Part shown: one piece after another, positions 1 to 8,447 of the stretch
How the letters are laid out: each line of letters begins with the position of its first letter
How positions within the stretch are numbered: the stretch's first letter is position 1
Assembly: GCF_003086415.1 (NCBI RefSeq)
Contig: NZ_QEFP02000014.1
Span: forward strand, 3,496 to 35,495
Length of the DNA stretch: 32,000 nucleotides
Source of the DNA: Candidatus Nanobsidianus stetteri
Lineage (GTDB): Archaea > Nanobdellota > Nanobdellia > Nanobdellales > Nanobdellaceae
Reading direction: 5' to 3'
The notes under the pieces: model-generated
Seen by the model: the letters and a program-made list of their open reading frames with translations, nothing else
Database searches by the model: none
What the model was told of the DNA's origin: nothing
Program-made: the position numbers and the translations under genes

Positions 1-545
1 ATAACTTCGTTTGTTGTAATATTATATCCATAAATATTTCCATTGTTAATATATATACCATAATCAGAAATTCCTATTGGAAAATAAATATTATTTATTG
101 GTTGATTTATTAAACTATATGTAGAATAATAATATGCATTTTGTGTATTGTTATTATAAATTACTATATAATAATTTCCCGAGGATAAAAATATACTTTG
201 ATTTATATAATTTGTATAGTTCTGATAAATTGATGTAAAATTACTACCATTTTGAAAATTTTGATAATTTTGCTGATTCATTATATAAAAAGATAAAGGA
301 ATAGTTGAATTAAAATATATATTTAAATATTGATTTGATGAATTTATTGGATAAGAAAAATAATATCCTGGATATAAAATATAAAAATCACCATAAGATC
401 CCTGTCCTAAATTGTATAGATTTAATTGATTTATATTTATTGGATTTATTGGAATATTAAACAATGTTGATGAATAATTTTGTGAGTATATATTAAAAAA
501 ATTAAATATTAGAATTAATAATGCAAATAGTTTTAATTTATTCAT
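1..545 (-). CDS. Secreted or N-terminally anchored Asn/Tyr-rich protein; N-terminus at 545, C-terminal part runs off the window
   Basis: Hand translation of the reverse strand from the ATG at 545-543 gives MNKLKLFALLILIFNFFNIYSQNYSSTLFNIPINPININQ...NIYFPIGISDYGIYINNGNIYGYNITTNEV. The frame stays open to position 1, and the ORF is missing from the track because it has no stop in the window. The N-terminus has a basic stretch plus a hydrophobic stretch, typical of a signal peptide. Composition resembles the surface proteins at 11.9-24 kb. Confidence 0.6.
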   Translation of the reverse strand, partial: MNKLKLFALLILIFNFFNIYSQNYSSTLFNIPINPININQLNLYNLGQGSYGDFYILYPGYYFSYPINSSNQYLNIYFNSTIPLSFYIMNQQNYQNFQNGSNFTSIYQNYTNYINQSIFLSSGNYYIVIYNNNTQNAYYYSTYSLINQPINNIYFPIGISDYGIYINNGNIYGYNITTNEV

Positions 546-596
546 AAGATTTTATTATTATTCATTTTTTATAAGATTTTATTTGAATATTTGATT

Positions 597-1214
597 ATGA
601 GAATATTCATTTTTTATTCAAATACCATAAGAACTGATGGAAATTTTAAAAACATATATTATTCTGGAAGATTGGATATAGCAATTAATTCAATTATACA
701 TGCTTTCTTTGTATCTAATGGATTAAGAAAAAATATTAGATTTGATTTATGTTTAAATGGAAAACCAGTTCCTCCTAGATTGATAAGAATAGAATCAGAT
801 ATAAATACCCCATGGTCAAAAAAGGATATATCTACATTATTATCGATATCATTGAAAAAATATAATAAAAAGAATATTAAAAATCCATTCCCAGGTATAT
901 ATGTTGATAAAATTGACTTTTTCGATTTATTAAGAGAATATAAAGATAATGGAAAAAATATATATTTATTGGATAAAGATGGGGAATTTATTGAAAATAT
1001 AAAAATTGAAAATCCTGTATTTATTATTGGAGATTTTTTGGGAATACCAAAAGATATAAAGAAAAAGATAGAAAATGATGTAATAAAGATTTCCTTAGGA
1101 GATATTAATTATTTTTCATCACAGGTTATTGTAATATTAAACTATTATTTAGATAAAATGAATTTTGAAAAAGATATATATGATACTTCATATAAATTTA
1201 TTTATAGGGAATGA
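597..1214 (+). CDS. trmY: tRNA (pseudouridine54-N1)-methyltransferase TrmY (SPOUT, DUF358 family)
   Basis: MRIFIFYSN...SGRLDIAINSIIHAFFVSNGLRKNI...PPRLIRIE...PGIYV...GKNIYLLDKDGE...ENPVFIIGD follows, from memory, the Methanocaldococcus Mj1640/TrmY pattern (GRLDL, AFFLSHGIR, PGIYV, ENPVFIIGD). The track starts at TTG 591; the ATG at 597 gives the family-typical MR-FIF start. Confidence 0.8.
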   Translation: MRIFIFYSNTIRTDGNFKNIYYSGRLDIAINSIIHAFFVSNGLRKNIRFDLCLNGKPVPPRLIRIESDINTPWSKKDISTLLSISLKKYNKKNIKNPFPGIYVDKIDFFDLLREYKDNGKNIYLLDKDGEFIENIKIENPVFIIGDFLGIPKDIKKKIENDVIKISLGDINYFSSQVIVILNYYLDKMNFEKDIYDTSYKFIYRE

Positions 1215-1696
1215 TACTTGGTTTAGATCTATCTGCAAAAGAAAATAATAGAACTGGATATTTTTACTTTAATAAAAAGCCAGTATTTGGGGTATTATAT
1301 AAAAATGAGGAAATATTAAATTTAATAGAAAGTGAAAAATTTAAATATATATTTATTGATGCTCCTTTAAGTTATGAATATCCATATAGAGAAGAAGAAA
1401 GATTATTATATAAATATGGATTCAAACCATTGCCATTATCTTTAAAATCAATGAAATTATTATATGAAAGAGCCAACTTATTAAAAAGTAAAATAATGGA
1501 AATTAATAATGATATAGAAGTATATGAAACATTTCCTAGAGCTGTGGAAAAAATATTAAAATTAAAATATCAATATTTTTCAAGAATATTTAAATATAAA
1601 GATATTTATGACGCTTATTTATCCTATTTAGCTGGCTTATTTTTTAAATTGAATAAATATCAAAAATTTGGAAATTTAATACTACCAAAGATATAA
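1211..1696 (+). CDS. Hypothetical protein, possibly an RNase H-fold nuclease-like protein (DUF429/COG2410 type)
   Basis: 161 aa with a 4-nt ATGA overlap onto trmY. The N-terminal ILGLDLS and the later IFIDAPLS resemble the acidic-residue strands of RNase H-fold proteins. The family assignment is weak. Confidence 0.35.
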   Translation: MILGLDLSAKENNRTGYFYFNKKPVFGVLYKNEEILNLIESEKFKYIFIDAPLSYEYPYREEERLLYKYGFKPLPLSLKSMKLLYERANLLKSKIMEINNDIEVYETFPRAVEKILKLKYQYFSRIFKYKDIYDAYLSYLAGLFFKLNKYQKFGNLILPKI

Positions 1697-1704
1697 TATA
1701 TATA

Positions 1705-1779
1705 GGACCCGTAGTTCAGCATGGATAGAATTCTCGGTTGCGGTCCGAGAGGTCCGGGGTTCGAATCCCCGCGGGTCCA
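1705..1779 (+). tRNA. tRNA-Arg (anticodon GCG)
   Basis: GC-rich island in AT-rich DNA. It folds by hand as GGACCCG/CGGGTCC acceptor stem, GTTC/GAAT D stem, CTCGG-TTGCGGT-CCGAG anticodon arm (GCG), CGGGG-TTCGAAT-CCCCG T arm and discriminator A. No CCA is encoded and there is no intron. Confidence 0.9.
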
Positions 1780-1839
1780 TATATAAATTTTTGTTACTAA
1801 AAGATAACAATAAAAGTATTTTTCAATATTATAATAAAA
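1779..1839 (+). promoter_or_regulatory. Promoter/operator module copy 1: TATA-like ATATATAAA plus inverted repeat TTGTTA-N8-TAACAA (1791-1810)
   Basis: Aligns with the modules at 2586-2652 and 3739-3801. It starts at the last base of tRNA-Arg and ends at the ATG of the 1840 ORF. Confidence 0.55.
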
Positions 1840-2505
1840 ATGTCTGAAATATACTATATAATCTTCGATACAATAGTTTTTGAAATAACAAGAGAAAATA
1901 ATCTGGATAAAATACTAGCATATCAAATAGATAAAAAAGAATCTCCACCTTATATTTTTCTAACAGAAAAGAGGATACCTGAAGTATTAGAAATTTATAG
2001 AAAAACTATAAGTGGACGTTATCCTGCGGCTTTTATATTCCCCTCACCATCAGTCGAAATAATTGGAAAAGCCACTTATTTTGATGATCAATTTTTCTTA
2101 ATTGTAGCATATACAGAAGAATTACCACTTTATGTACCTTTTGATAAATTAATTAGTGTATCTAAAATAATAATTTATGAGGATGATCCACAAAAGATAA
2201 AGGTTATAGGTGCTTGCGGATCGGATGCTTTAAATATTCTAATGAATAATAATAATTTAAATAATGATAATGATAAGAATAAGAAGGAGTTAAAGTTAAG
2301 ACATTATACTATAGATTTAAGGAAAGCCAATTTAAATAATCTAACCAGGTTTTTTATATACAATTCTGTAAATAAGCAAAGTAATAAAGATGGAGAAATG
2401 AAAGTAGCCGGCACGTATATTTTTATTGGTGAAGACGAAAATCTTTCATGTAAACAATCTTATATAGCTCCTAAAGATATTAAAATACTTGAATTTTATA
2501 AGTAA
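1840..2505 (+). CDS. Hypothetical protein, paralog A of the 3802-4503 gene
   Basis: 221 aa. Colinear similarity to the 233-aa ORF: FIFPSPSVEI vs FIVPTPSIRI; DKLISVSKIIIY vs DKLIKVSSMRIY; SDALNILMNNNNL vs PDALDALINNNNL. The C-terminus NLSCKQSYIAPKDIKILE is identical in both. No family recognised. Confidence 0.7.
   Translation: MSEIYYIIFDTIVFEITRENNLDKILAYQIDKKESPPYIFLTEKRIPEVLEIYRKTISGRYPAAFIFPSPSVEIIGKATYFDDQFFLIVAYTEELPLYVPFDKLISVSKIIIYEDDPQKIKVIGACGSDALNILMNNNNLNNDNDKNKKELKLRHYTIDLRKANLNNLTRFFIYNSVNKQSNKDGEMKVAGTYIFIGEDENLSCKQSYIAPKDIKILEFYK
2439..2492 (+). repeat. Perfect 54-nt direct repeat, copy 1 (3' end of paralog A)
   Basis: aaatctttcatgtaaacaatcttatatagctcctaaagatattaaaatacttga is identical base for base to 4428-4481, although the rest of the two genes is strongly diverged. 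Confidence 0.9.
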
Positions 2506-2518
2506 GAATATAATTTCA

Positions 2519-2556
2519 AGCAATGGAGGGAATTTGAATCTTTAGAAGATCTTTTT
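2519..2556 (-). pseudogene. Decayed copy of the 3' part of tRNA-Leu (3' acceptor strand, T arm, part of variable arm)
   Basis: An ungapped hand alignment of 2519-2556 to 4511-4548 gives 25 of 38 identical positions, including ggaggg and atttgaa. Of the 13 mismatches, 11 are G/C in the tRNA versus A/T in the copy. The T stem no longer pairs. Confidence 0.55.
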
Positions 2557-2585
2557 GTCCATTTAGATTTATTCGATTAGAGATC

Positions 2586-2652
2586 TATATATAAATTTTA
2601 TGTTACTAAAAGATAGTAACAAATAAAAATCTTTTTACTATAATAAAATATA
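2586..2652 (+). promoter_or_regulatory. Promoter/operator module copy 2: TATATATAAA (2586-2595) plus perfect palindrome GTTACTA-AAAGA-TAGTAAC (2602-2620)
   Basis: The first 33 nt match copy 3 at 32 positions. The module ends at the ATG of the DUF218-like gene. Confidence 0.6.
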
Positions 2653-3465
2653 ATGGCATACTTAACAAACATGCTTTTTCCATATAGGGAAAGAAAAAGT
2701 GAAAAGTCAAATCTCACTCTTGATAGTATAATTAATAGTTCTAGAAATCCTGGAAATTATGAAAATACAAATTTCAATTATCCTAAAAAACCACATTATT
2801 ATGCTATAATTGTTTTAGGAGGAGGTCCAGAACATACTGAATATAGACTTAAAAAAGCAATAGAATTATACAAACAAGGAATTGCAGATTACTTGATTGT
2901 AACAGTTGGTGAAACCGATGTTTCTATTGCTAAAAAAATAATAGAAAATGCTGATATAGATAAAGATAAATATATAGTTGATGATAGATCTACAACTACA
3001 TTGCATAATGCTCTTTATGCTAAAGAAATACTTCGAAATTTAAATGTACCAAAAGGTACATTAACAGCAATATTAACAGAAAGTCCTCATTGTCCTAGAG
3101 CTAGGGATACATTTGACCTAATCTTTAGAGGAAAATATAAAATAGATTCAATTTGTATTGAGCCTCTTCCAGATCCATATATGTGGGGTAAAGAAGAAAA
3201 AATAAAAAGTATAAGAAAATACATTCATCCTTTATATCCCTCATTAATTATCTCCTTAACATATTCAGAAAAATATTTAAGTTATTTACCAGGAATGAAT
3301 GAAGAAAAAGCAGAGAAAATTGTTGATAAATTTGTAAGATCTACATCAGATACTATTAGCTATTTATTTAATACATCCTTAAAATATGCTAATAATGTAA
3401 AAGAATATATCAAGAGAGTACTTGGAAGTTATAGATCACATGTAAATGCATCTCCAAGTAGCTAA
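2653..3465 (+). CDS. DUF218 (YdcF/ElyC/SanA-like) domain protein
   Basis: YAIIVLGGGPEHTEYRLKKAIELYKQGIADYLIVTVGE...DDRSTTTLHNALYAKEIL matches the DUF218 signature as I recall it (vivVLGgg ... R ... a.ly..G.a..ii.sGg ... S.nT.eNa). Confidence 0.5.
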   Translation: MAYLTNMLFPYRERKSEKSNLTLDSIINSSRNPGNYENTNFNYPKKPHYYAIIVLGGGPEHTEYRLKKAIELYKQGIADYLIVTVGETDVSIAKKIIENADIDKDKYIVDDRSTTTLHNALYAKEILRNLNVPKGTLTAILTESPHCPRARDTFDLIFRGKYKIDSICIEPLPDPYMWGKEEKIKSIRKYIHPLYPSLIISLTYSEKYLSYLPGMNEEKAEKIVDKFVRSTSDTISYLFNTSLKYANNVKEYIKRVLGSYRSHVNASPSS

Positions 3466-3738
3466 TAAATATAGTTAAATAAGATAATATGGGTCTATTA
3501 TAAATGCAAAATTAAAAATATAGAATTAAAGGAAAATAAATATTATGTATATGCAAATTTTCTCAGAAATCAATTATAACTTTTATATTCTTCAAAAATA
3601 CTTGAAAAATCAAAAAATAGGAAATCAAAAATTAAAAATTATATACAAATAAATATATTTTTACATTTATTTCTTAAATAATACAAAAGGCTCTTTCTAA
3701 AAAATCCTTTCAGTAAGTATTACTTTTTAAAACATCTT

Positions 3739-3801
3739 TATATATAAATTTTATGTTACTATAAGATAGTAATAAAAACTTTTTCATAATATTATGATAA
3801 A
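3739..3801 (+). promoter_or_regulatory. Promoter/operator module copy 3: TATATATAAA (3739-3748) plus GTTACTA-TAAGA-TAGTAAT (3755-3773)
   Basis: Same 16-nt spacing from TATA to palindrome as copy 2. One half-site has one mismatch. The module ends at the ATG of paralog B. Confidence 0.6.
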
Positions 3802-4503
3802 ATGCCTTCGTATATAACGCTTAAAGCAAGAGTATATTATATAACTAGAGATGGAGGTTTGTACAATATACATGCATATGTTGAATACAACAGGGGAAGA
3901 GAAAAAGAACGTAAATTCTTTACTTTGCAAACAGAAAAGGAAATTCCAAAAATAATATTTGAAAAATATAGAAAGATAAAAGATGAAGATAAATATTATT
4001 TTCCTAAGGTATTTATAGTACCAACTCCATCAATAAGAATAAGAAAAAATAAAAAAAACATTCCTAATAAAACAGCTATTCCTTTTGATGAGAAGTTTAA
4101 GTTAGTTGTAATATATGCAAAAGACCCACCCTATCGTATACGTTTAGATAAATTAATTAAAGTGTCTAGCATGAGAATTTACGTAAGAAAGGATAAACTA
4201 AGAAGGATGTATGTTGAAGGTTTTTGTGAACCTGACGCTTTAGACGCTTTAATAAATAATAATAATTTAGAGTCAAAATCTTATAATATAGATTTAAGAG
4301 AAGCCAATTTAGATGATCTACTCAAGTTTATTAGATATGATGTTAAATACAATTCTAAAAATAATCAAAATAATAGAAATGAAGAAATGGAAAAAACTGG
4401 CCCATATATTTTTATTGATAAAGGTCGAAATCTTTCATGTAAACAATCTTATATAGCTCCTAAAGATATTAAAATACTTGAGATATATAAGATAAAAATA
4501 TAA
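3802..4503 (+). CDS. Hypothetical protein, paralog B of the 1840-2505 gene
   Basis: 233 aa, colinear with paralog A (see that entry). Its 3' end contains the 54-nt perfect repeat. Confidence 0.7.
   Translation: MPSYITLKARVYYITRDGGLYNIHAYVEYNRGREKERKFFTLQTEKEIPKIIFEKYRKIKDEDKYYFPKVFIVPTPSIRIRKNKKNIPNKTAIPFDEKFKLVVIYAKDPPYRIRLDKLIKVSSMRIYVRKDKLRRMYVEGFCEPDALDALINNNNLESKSYNIDLREANLDDLLKFIRYDVKYNSKNNQNNRNEEMEKTGPYIFIDKGRNLSCKQSYIAPKDIKILEIYKIKI
4428..4481 (+). repeat. Perfect 54-nt direct repeat, copy 2 (3' end of paralog B)
   Basis: Identical to 2439-2492. Weaker similarity continues through the stop codon and the intergenic aatataattt into the tRNA-Leu 3' end. Confidence 0.9.
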
Positions 4504-4510
4504 TTTTAAA

Positions 4511-4594
4511 TGCGGCGGAGGGGATTTGAACCCCTGGCGGATCTTATCCAATCGGACCTAAACCGACCCCCTTTGACCTCTCGGGCACCGCCGC
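4511..4594 (-). tRNA. tRNA-Leu (anticodon UAG), class II with long variable arm
   Basis: Reverse complement is GCGGCGG TG CCCGAGAGGTCAAAGGGG GTCGG-TTTAGGT-CCGAT, variable arm GGAT-AAG-ATCC, AGGGG-TTCAAAT-CCCCT, CCGCCGC, A. No CCA is encoded and there is no intron. Confidence 0.9.
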
Positions 4595-4603
4595 TTATAA
4601 AAA

Positions 4604-7210
4604 TTAATTTACTTTCTTTATATAAAATTTATCAACTTTCTTTTCTCCTTCCTTTAAATTAATTATTCCATCCTTACACTTCAAATTTATATCATTTATT
4701 AAATTTTTATACTTCAAAACATATTTTATTATATCAGAAATATATAAATTGGTTTCTAAATATAATTTTCCATCTTTTATATTATTTTTAATATATTCTT
4801 CTAATATTAAATTTAATTTTTTATTATATTCATCTCTTTCCTTATTTATTTTCTCAATATAATTATTTAAATTATTTATATCAATATTATATTTATTCTT
4901 TATATCTAAAATTTTTTCTTCATAATCTTCAAATTCTTCTATAACCCTATCACCAGCAACAAATCTAAATCTTATTAACCCATCTGCAATTTTTTCTACA
5001 CTTTTTATTTTTACTAATCCGATTTCCAATGTATTATCCAAATGTGTTCCTGAACATGCTTCAACATCTGTATTTTCTATTTCAACAATTCTTAATTTTG
5101 TTTCTGGTATAAATCCTCCCTGATATATTATAAATCCATATTTTTCTTCAGCTTCATTCCTTAATAAATAAAATTTATTTATTTTTCTTCCTTCCAATAT
5201 TATTTTATTTAATTCTTTTTCAATTAACTTTATTTCATTGTATGATGGTACTTTATAATGCGTAACATCCAATTTTCCTTCATATTCATTTTTTTCAGCA
5301 CCTGCCTGCCAGATATGATTTCCATATATTTTTCTTAATACAGATGTTAATAAATGGGTTGCAGTATGATGTCTAGATATTCTATATCTTCTATCTTTAT
5401 CAATAATTTGTAAAATATTCGAATTTTTATCCCAATTAACTTTTCTATCTATTTTATGTAATATTATTTTTTCATATTCAATTACATCAATAACTTTTGC
5501 AAAATAATTTTCAAATCCTTCAATTTTATTACCATTTAGATAATCTTTTAATATTTCTTTTACATAATATGGAAAATCATAATTATTTAAAATATCTCTT
5601 GAATAATTTTTTATTTCATCTAAATTAAATATATATCCAGTATCATTTACCTGACCACCTTTTGTTGGATAAAATACAGTTCTATCAAATATTAAATATT
5701 CATCTTCTATTCCAATTAATTTTCCAATATCATAATATTTTTTCCATGATTCATAAAATGATTTATATGTTTCTGGATAATTTAATTTTAAATTTAATTT
5801 TTCTTCTTTTTTTACTTTTTTAGATTTTTCTTTATGTTCCTCAATTAATTTATTTAATTCTTCCCTATTTATTTTTATATTTGGATTTATATCTTCTATA
5901 ATTTCTAAAGAAATCCCATATGATGTATATAATTCAAATATTTTCTTTGTATCAATATTTTTTAAGTTATTTAAAATTTTTTGAGCATTTTTCTTTACTT
6001 CCAAATATTTTTCATATTCATATTTTAATATATCAACAATTTCATTTATATTTTCTTTTAATTTTTCTTCATACCAATCTTCAGAAATCTTTATCAATAA
6101 TTTTCTTAAGAAATCTTCTATATCATTTACTTCAAAATATTTATCAATAAAATAAAACATCCTTCTTGCAATTAATCTTAAATTATAATTTCCACCTATA
6201 TTTGAAGGTAATGCTCCATCAGATATTGCAATATATAATGATCTAATATGATCTGAAATTGAATATATTGCCCTCATTATTTCAATATTATTCTTTGGAT
6301 CTATTCCCTTTTCTTTTAAAAATTCTTCAAAAGATTTTATATCATTATTTTCAAAATCAAATAATGAAGAATACATTGAAATTTTTGATAATAAATCTAT
6401 ATCAATTTCATATTTTATATTATCTAATAAAAATTTTATTGTATTTGGAAATACAATATCATATGATGTACTTGTACCATTTGTAATCCATGCAACCCTT
6501 TCTTGTCCCATTCCCATATCTAAAACTTTCAATTTATCCAATTCTATCCATTCATTATTAATAATTTTATATTGCATATATACCTGATTTGCAACCTCTA
6601 AACCCCTTATAAAGAATTCAATTGATGTACCACCATTTCCCCCACCTTCCCATTTATCTTCATGAAATATAAATTCATTCATTGGAAAATTATTATCTTC
6701 AAACCAATAGTATAGATCTAAAAAATATTGATTTATATCATATTCTTCTGGTTTTACAAATGCATGTTGTCCAATCATTACAAAACCAGTATAATGCCTC
6801 CCAGTCAATCCAACATTTCTTACATCATTAAACCTTAAACAAAATTGTGGAACAGTTAATTTTTTTGAAGGTGGTTCCGTATATCCTTCTACAACCCATG
6901 GTTGAAAATCTGCAATTGATGCAATTACAAAATCTATATCATCTCTCCATCTAGCTACAACAGGATATCTATTTATTATCGCATATCCTCTTTTATTTAA
7001 ATACTTTGAAAAGCTTTCCCATACTTCTCTATATTTTAATTTTTTTCCAACAGGGTTGTTTATAAAACCATAATTTTCATGATCTCCACATATTTCCCTA
7101 TTTTTATCAAAAGTCCAAAAATATCTGCCACAAATTTTACATTTTTTTCTAAATAGACCTAAACTTTCTAAAGATCTTTTTGGATATAATTTTTCATAAT
7201 TAGATTGCAC
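4604..7210 (-). CDS. alaS: Alanyl-tRNA synthetase (archaeal type)
   Basis: 868 aa. Class II core motifs are present (FCLRFNDVRNVG, GMGQERV). The editing domain carries HHTATHLL and CSGTHL. Confidence 0.95.
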   Translation of the reverse strand: MQSNYEKLYPKRSLESLGLFRKKCKICGRYFWTFDKNREICGDHENYGFINNPVGKKLKYREVWESFSKYLNKRGYAIINRYPVVARWRDDIDFVIASIADFQPWVVEGYTEPPSKKLTVPQFCLRFNDVRNVGLTGRHYTGFVMIGQHAFVKPEEYDINQYFLDLYYWFEDNNFPMNEFIFHEDKWEGGGNGGTSIEFFIRGLEVANQVYMQYKIINNEWIELDKLKVLDMGMGQERVAWITNGTSTSYDIVFPNTIKFLLDNIKYEIDIDLLSKISMYSSLFDFENNDIKSFEEFLKEKGIDPKNNIEIMRAIYSISDHIRSLYIAISDGALPSNIGGNYNLRLIARRMFYFIDKYFEVNDIEDFLRKLLIKISEDWYEEKLKENINEIVDILKYEYEKYLEVKKNAQKILNNLKNIDTKKIFELYTSYGISLEIIEDINPNIKINREELNKLIEEHKEKSKKVKKEEKLNLKLNYPETYKSFYESWKKYYDIGKLIGIEDEYLIFDRTVFYPTKGGQVNDTGYIFNLDEIKNYSRDILNNYDFPYYVKEILKDYLNGNKIEGFENYFAKVIDVIEYEKIILHKIDRKVNWDKNSNILQIIDKDRRYRISRHHTATHLLTSVLRKIYGNHIWQAGAEKNEYEGKLDVTHYKVPSYNEIKLIEKELNKIILEGRKINKFYLLRNEAEEKYGFIIYQGGFIPETKLRIVEIENTDVEACSGTHLDNTLEIGLVKIKSVEKIADGLIRFRFVAGDRVIEEFEDYEEKILDIKNKYNIDINNLNNYIEKINKERDEYNKKLNLILEEYIKNNIKDGKLYLETNLYISDIIKYVLKYKNLINDINLKCKDGIINLKEGEKKVDKFYIKKVN

Positions 7211-8060
7211 CCTTTTTCTTTAATAATTCATATTTCTGCATTACTAATATTTCATCCATTGAAAGTTCAGAACCATTCATAATTTTTTGTTGTATCTTTG
7301 AATATTCTTCAATTATTTTATTCTTTTCTTCTTCAGATATTTCAACTGCTTGTTTTTGTAATCTCTGACTTATATATCTTTGTAAATCTTCATATAATTT
7401 ATCTTCAAGTTCTCTTATTTTATCCTTTATTTGTTTTATTTGTTCTTTAAGTTTATTATATTCATCCATTATTTGTGTTAATCTTTCTTTTATTTGTTTT
7501 ATTTGTTCTTTTACAACCTTTCTTTCATCAATATTTTTTCTAATATTTTGACCTATTATTGATAATTTAGATCTAAAAGCATTATATTCTTCCCTTAATT
7601 TATCAAATTCTTGTAAAACAGAAGATATTTCTTCATATTTACCTAAAAGCTTTCTTAAATATTTTATCCTATTCCAAATTTTCTTTTCTTGAGAATATGA
7701 TAAAACTTCCGTCTGTAAAACATATTCCAATGTTTCCAATTCCTTTTTATATTTATTTATATCTTTTGCAATATCTTTATTCTTAAATATATCTTTTCTT
7801 GTTTGCTTTATTTCATCCAGCTTTTTCTTTAATTCTTCCAACTTTTCCAATGTTTTTTGTCTCTCATTCATTAAGTTATCCAATATTTTACTATATTCTT
7901 CTTTCTTATTTCTTAATTCCTTTAATTTTTCCAATAATTCTTTTCTTTCTTTATATAAAACTCTCTTTCTAGAGTATAAATTTTCCTTTTCTTCTCCTAG
8001 CTTAATTAATTCTTTTTTTGTTAGGATAATGCCCCTATAAAGCTTATCTGAATCAGTCAC
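7200..8060 (-). CDS. Lys/Glu-rich coiled-coil protein (archaeal COG1340-like)
   Basis: 286 aa with heptad-like K/E/L-rich sequence throughout. Its end overlaps the alaS start by 11 nt. The family call is tentative. Confidence 0.5.
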   Translation of the reverse strand: MTDSDKLYRGIILTKKELIKLGEEKENLYSRKRVLYKERKELLEKLKELRNKKEEYSKILDNLMNERQKTLEKLEELKKKLDEIKQTRKDIFKNKDIAKDINKYKKELETLEYVLQTEVLSYSQEKKIWNRIKYLRKLLGKYEEISSVLQEFDKLREEYNAFRSKLSIIGQNIRKNIDERKVVKEQIKQIKERLTQIMDEYNKLKEQIKQIKDKIRELEDKLYEDLQRYISQRLQKQAVEISEEEKNKIIEEYSKIQQKIMNGSELSMDEILVMQKYELLKKKGAI

Positions 8061-8095
8061 CTTAAAATTAAATTATATATAAAAATTTATAAATT

Positions 8096-8404
8096 TTAGA
8101 AACCGAATAATGATGACAAACCTTCTAATGCTTGTTCTTCTTTCTTTTCTTCTGCTTTCTTTTCTTGCTTTTCTTCCTTCTTTTGTTCTACTTGCTGTGG
8201 AGCAACTTGTGCTGGAGCGATAGATAATGATTCTTCCTTTATTTTATCCAAATCAACTCCCTGTAAACTTGCTAATACAGCATTTACCATTGCATCATTT
8301 GGTTCTATTCCTACTGATGTCAATACCTTTTTTATATTATCTGCATTTATTTCCTTTTTAGCTTCATGTAGTAACCATACTGCATATATATATTCAAGAC
8401 CCAT
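8096..8404 (-). CDS. rpl12: 50S ribosomal stalk protein P1 (L12)
   Basis: MGLEYIYAVWLLHEAKKEINADNIKKVLTSVGIE... is followed by an acidic/Lys linker and a conserved C-terminal EGLSSLFGF tail. Confidence 0.95.
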   Translation of the reverse strand: MGLEYIYAVWLLHEAKKEINADNIKKVLTSVGIEPNDAMVNAVLASLQGVDLDKIKEESLSIAPAQVAPQQVEQKKEEKQEKKAEEKKEEQALEGLSSLFGF

Positions 8405-8447
8405 TTATTATTGTTAAAAAAAATATATTTAAAAATGATAACCTTCC

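Noticed and set aside
2519-2556. A functional split-tRNA 3' half, as in Nanoarchaeum equitans
   Set aside because: The T stem no longer pairs (AAAGA versus TCCCT) and the acceptor strand is mutated. The segment is AT-decayed and there is no GC-rich complementary leader. I treat it as a relic.
1779-3801. The thrice-repeated module as a CRISPR array or as transposon terminal inverted repeats
   Set aside because: There are only three copies, all in direct orientation. They are spaced by whole genes (about 0.8-1.15 kb), and each ends exactly at a start codon. No cas or transposase genes are present. A promoter/operator explanation fits better.
1780-4510. An integrase, transposase or other mobility gene in the tRNA-bounded islet
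   Set aside because: I looked at all six frames of the track and at the gaps. Only the two paralogs and the DUF218-like gene are present, so I make no mobile_element call.
5920-6486. Track ORFs 5920-6150 and 6259-6486 on the plus strand
   Set aside because: They lie antisense inside the well-supported alaS gene. Their translations are Phe/Leu/Ile/Tyr-rich low-complexity strings, as expected from the complement of Lys/Glu/Asn-rich AT-rich coding sequence.
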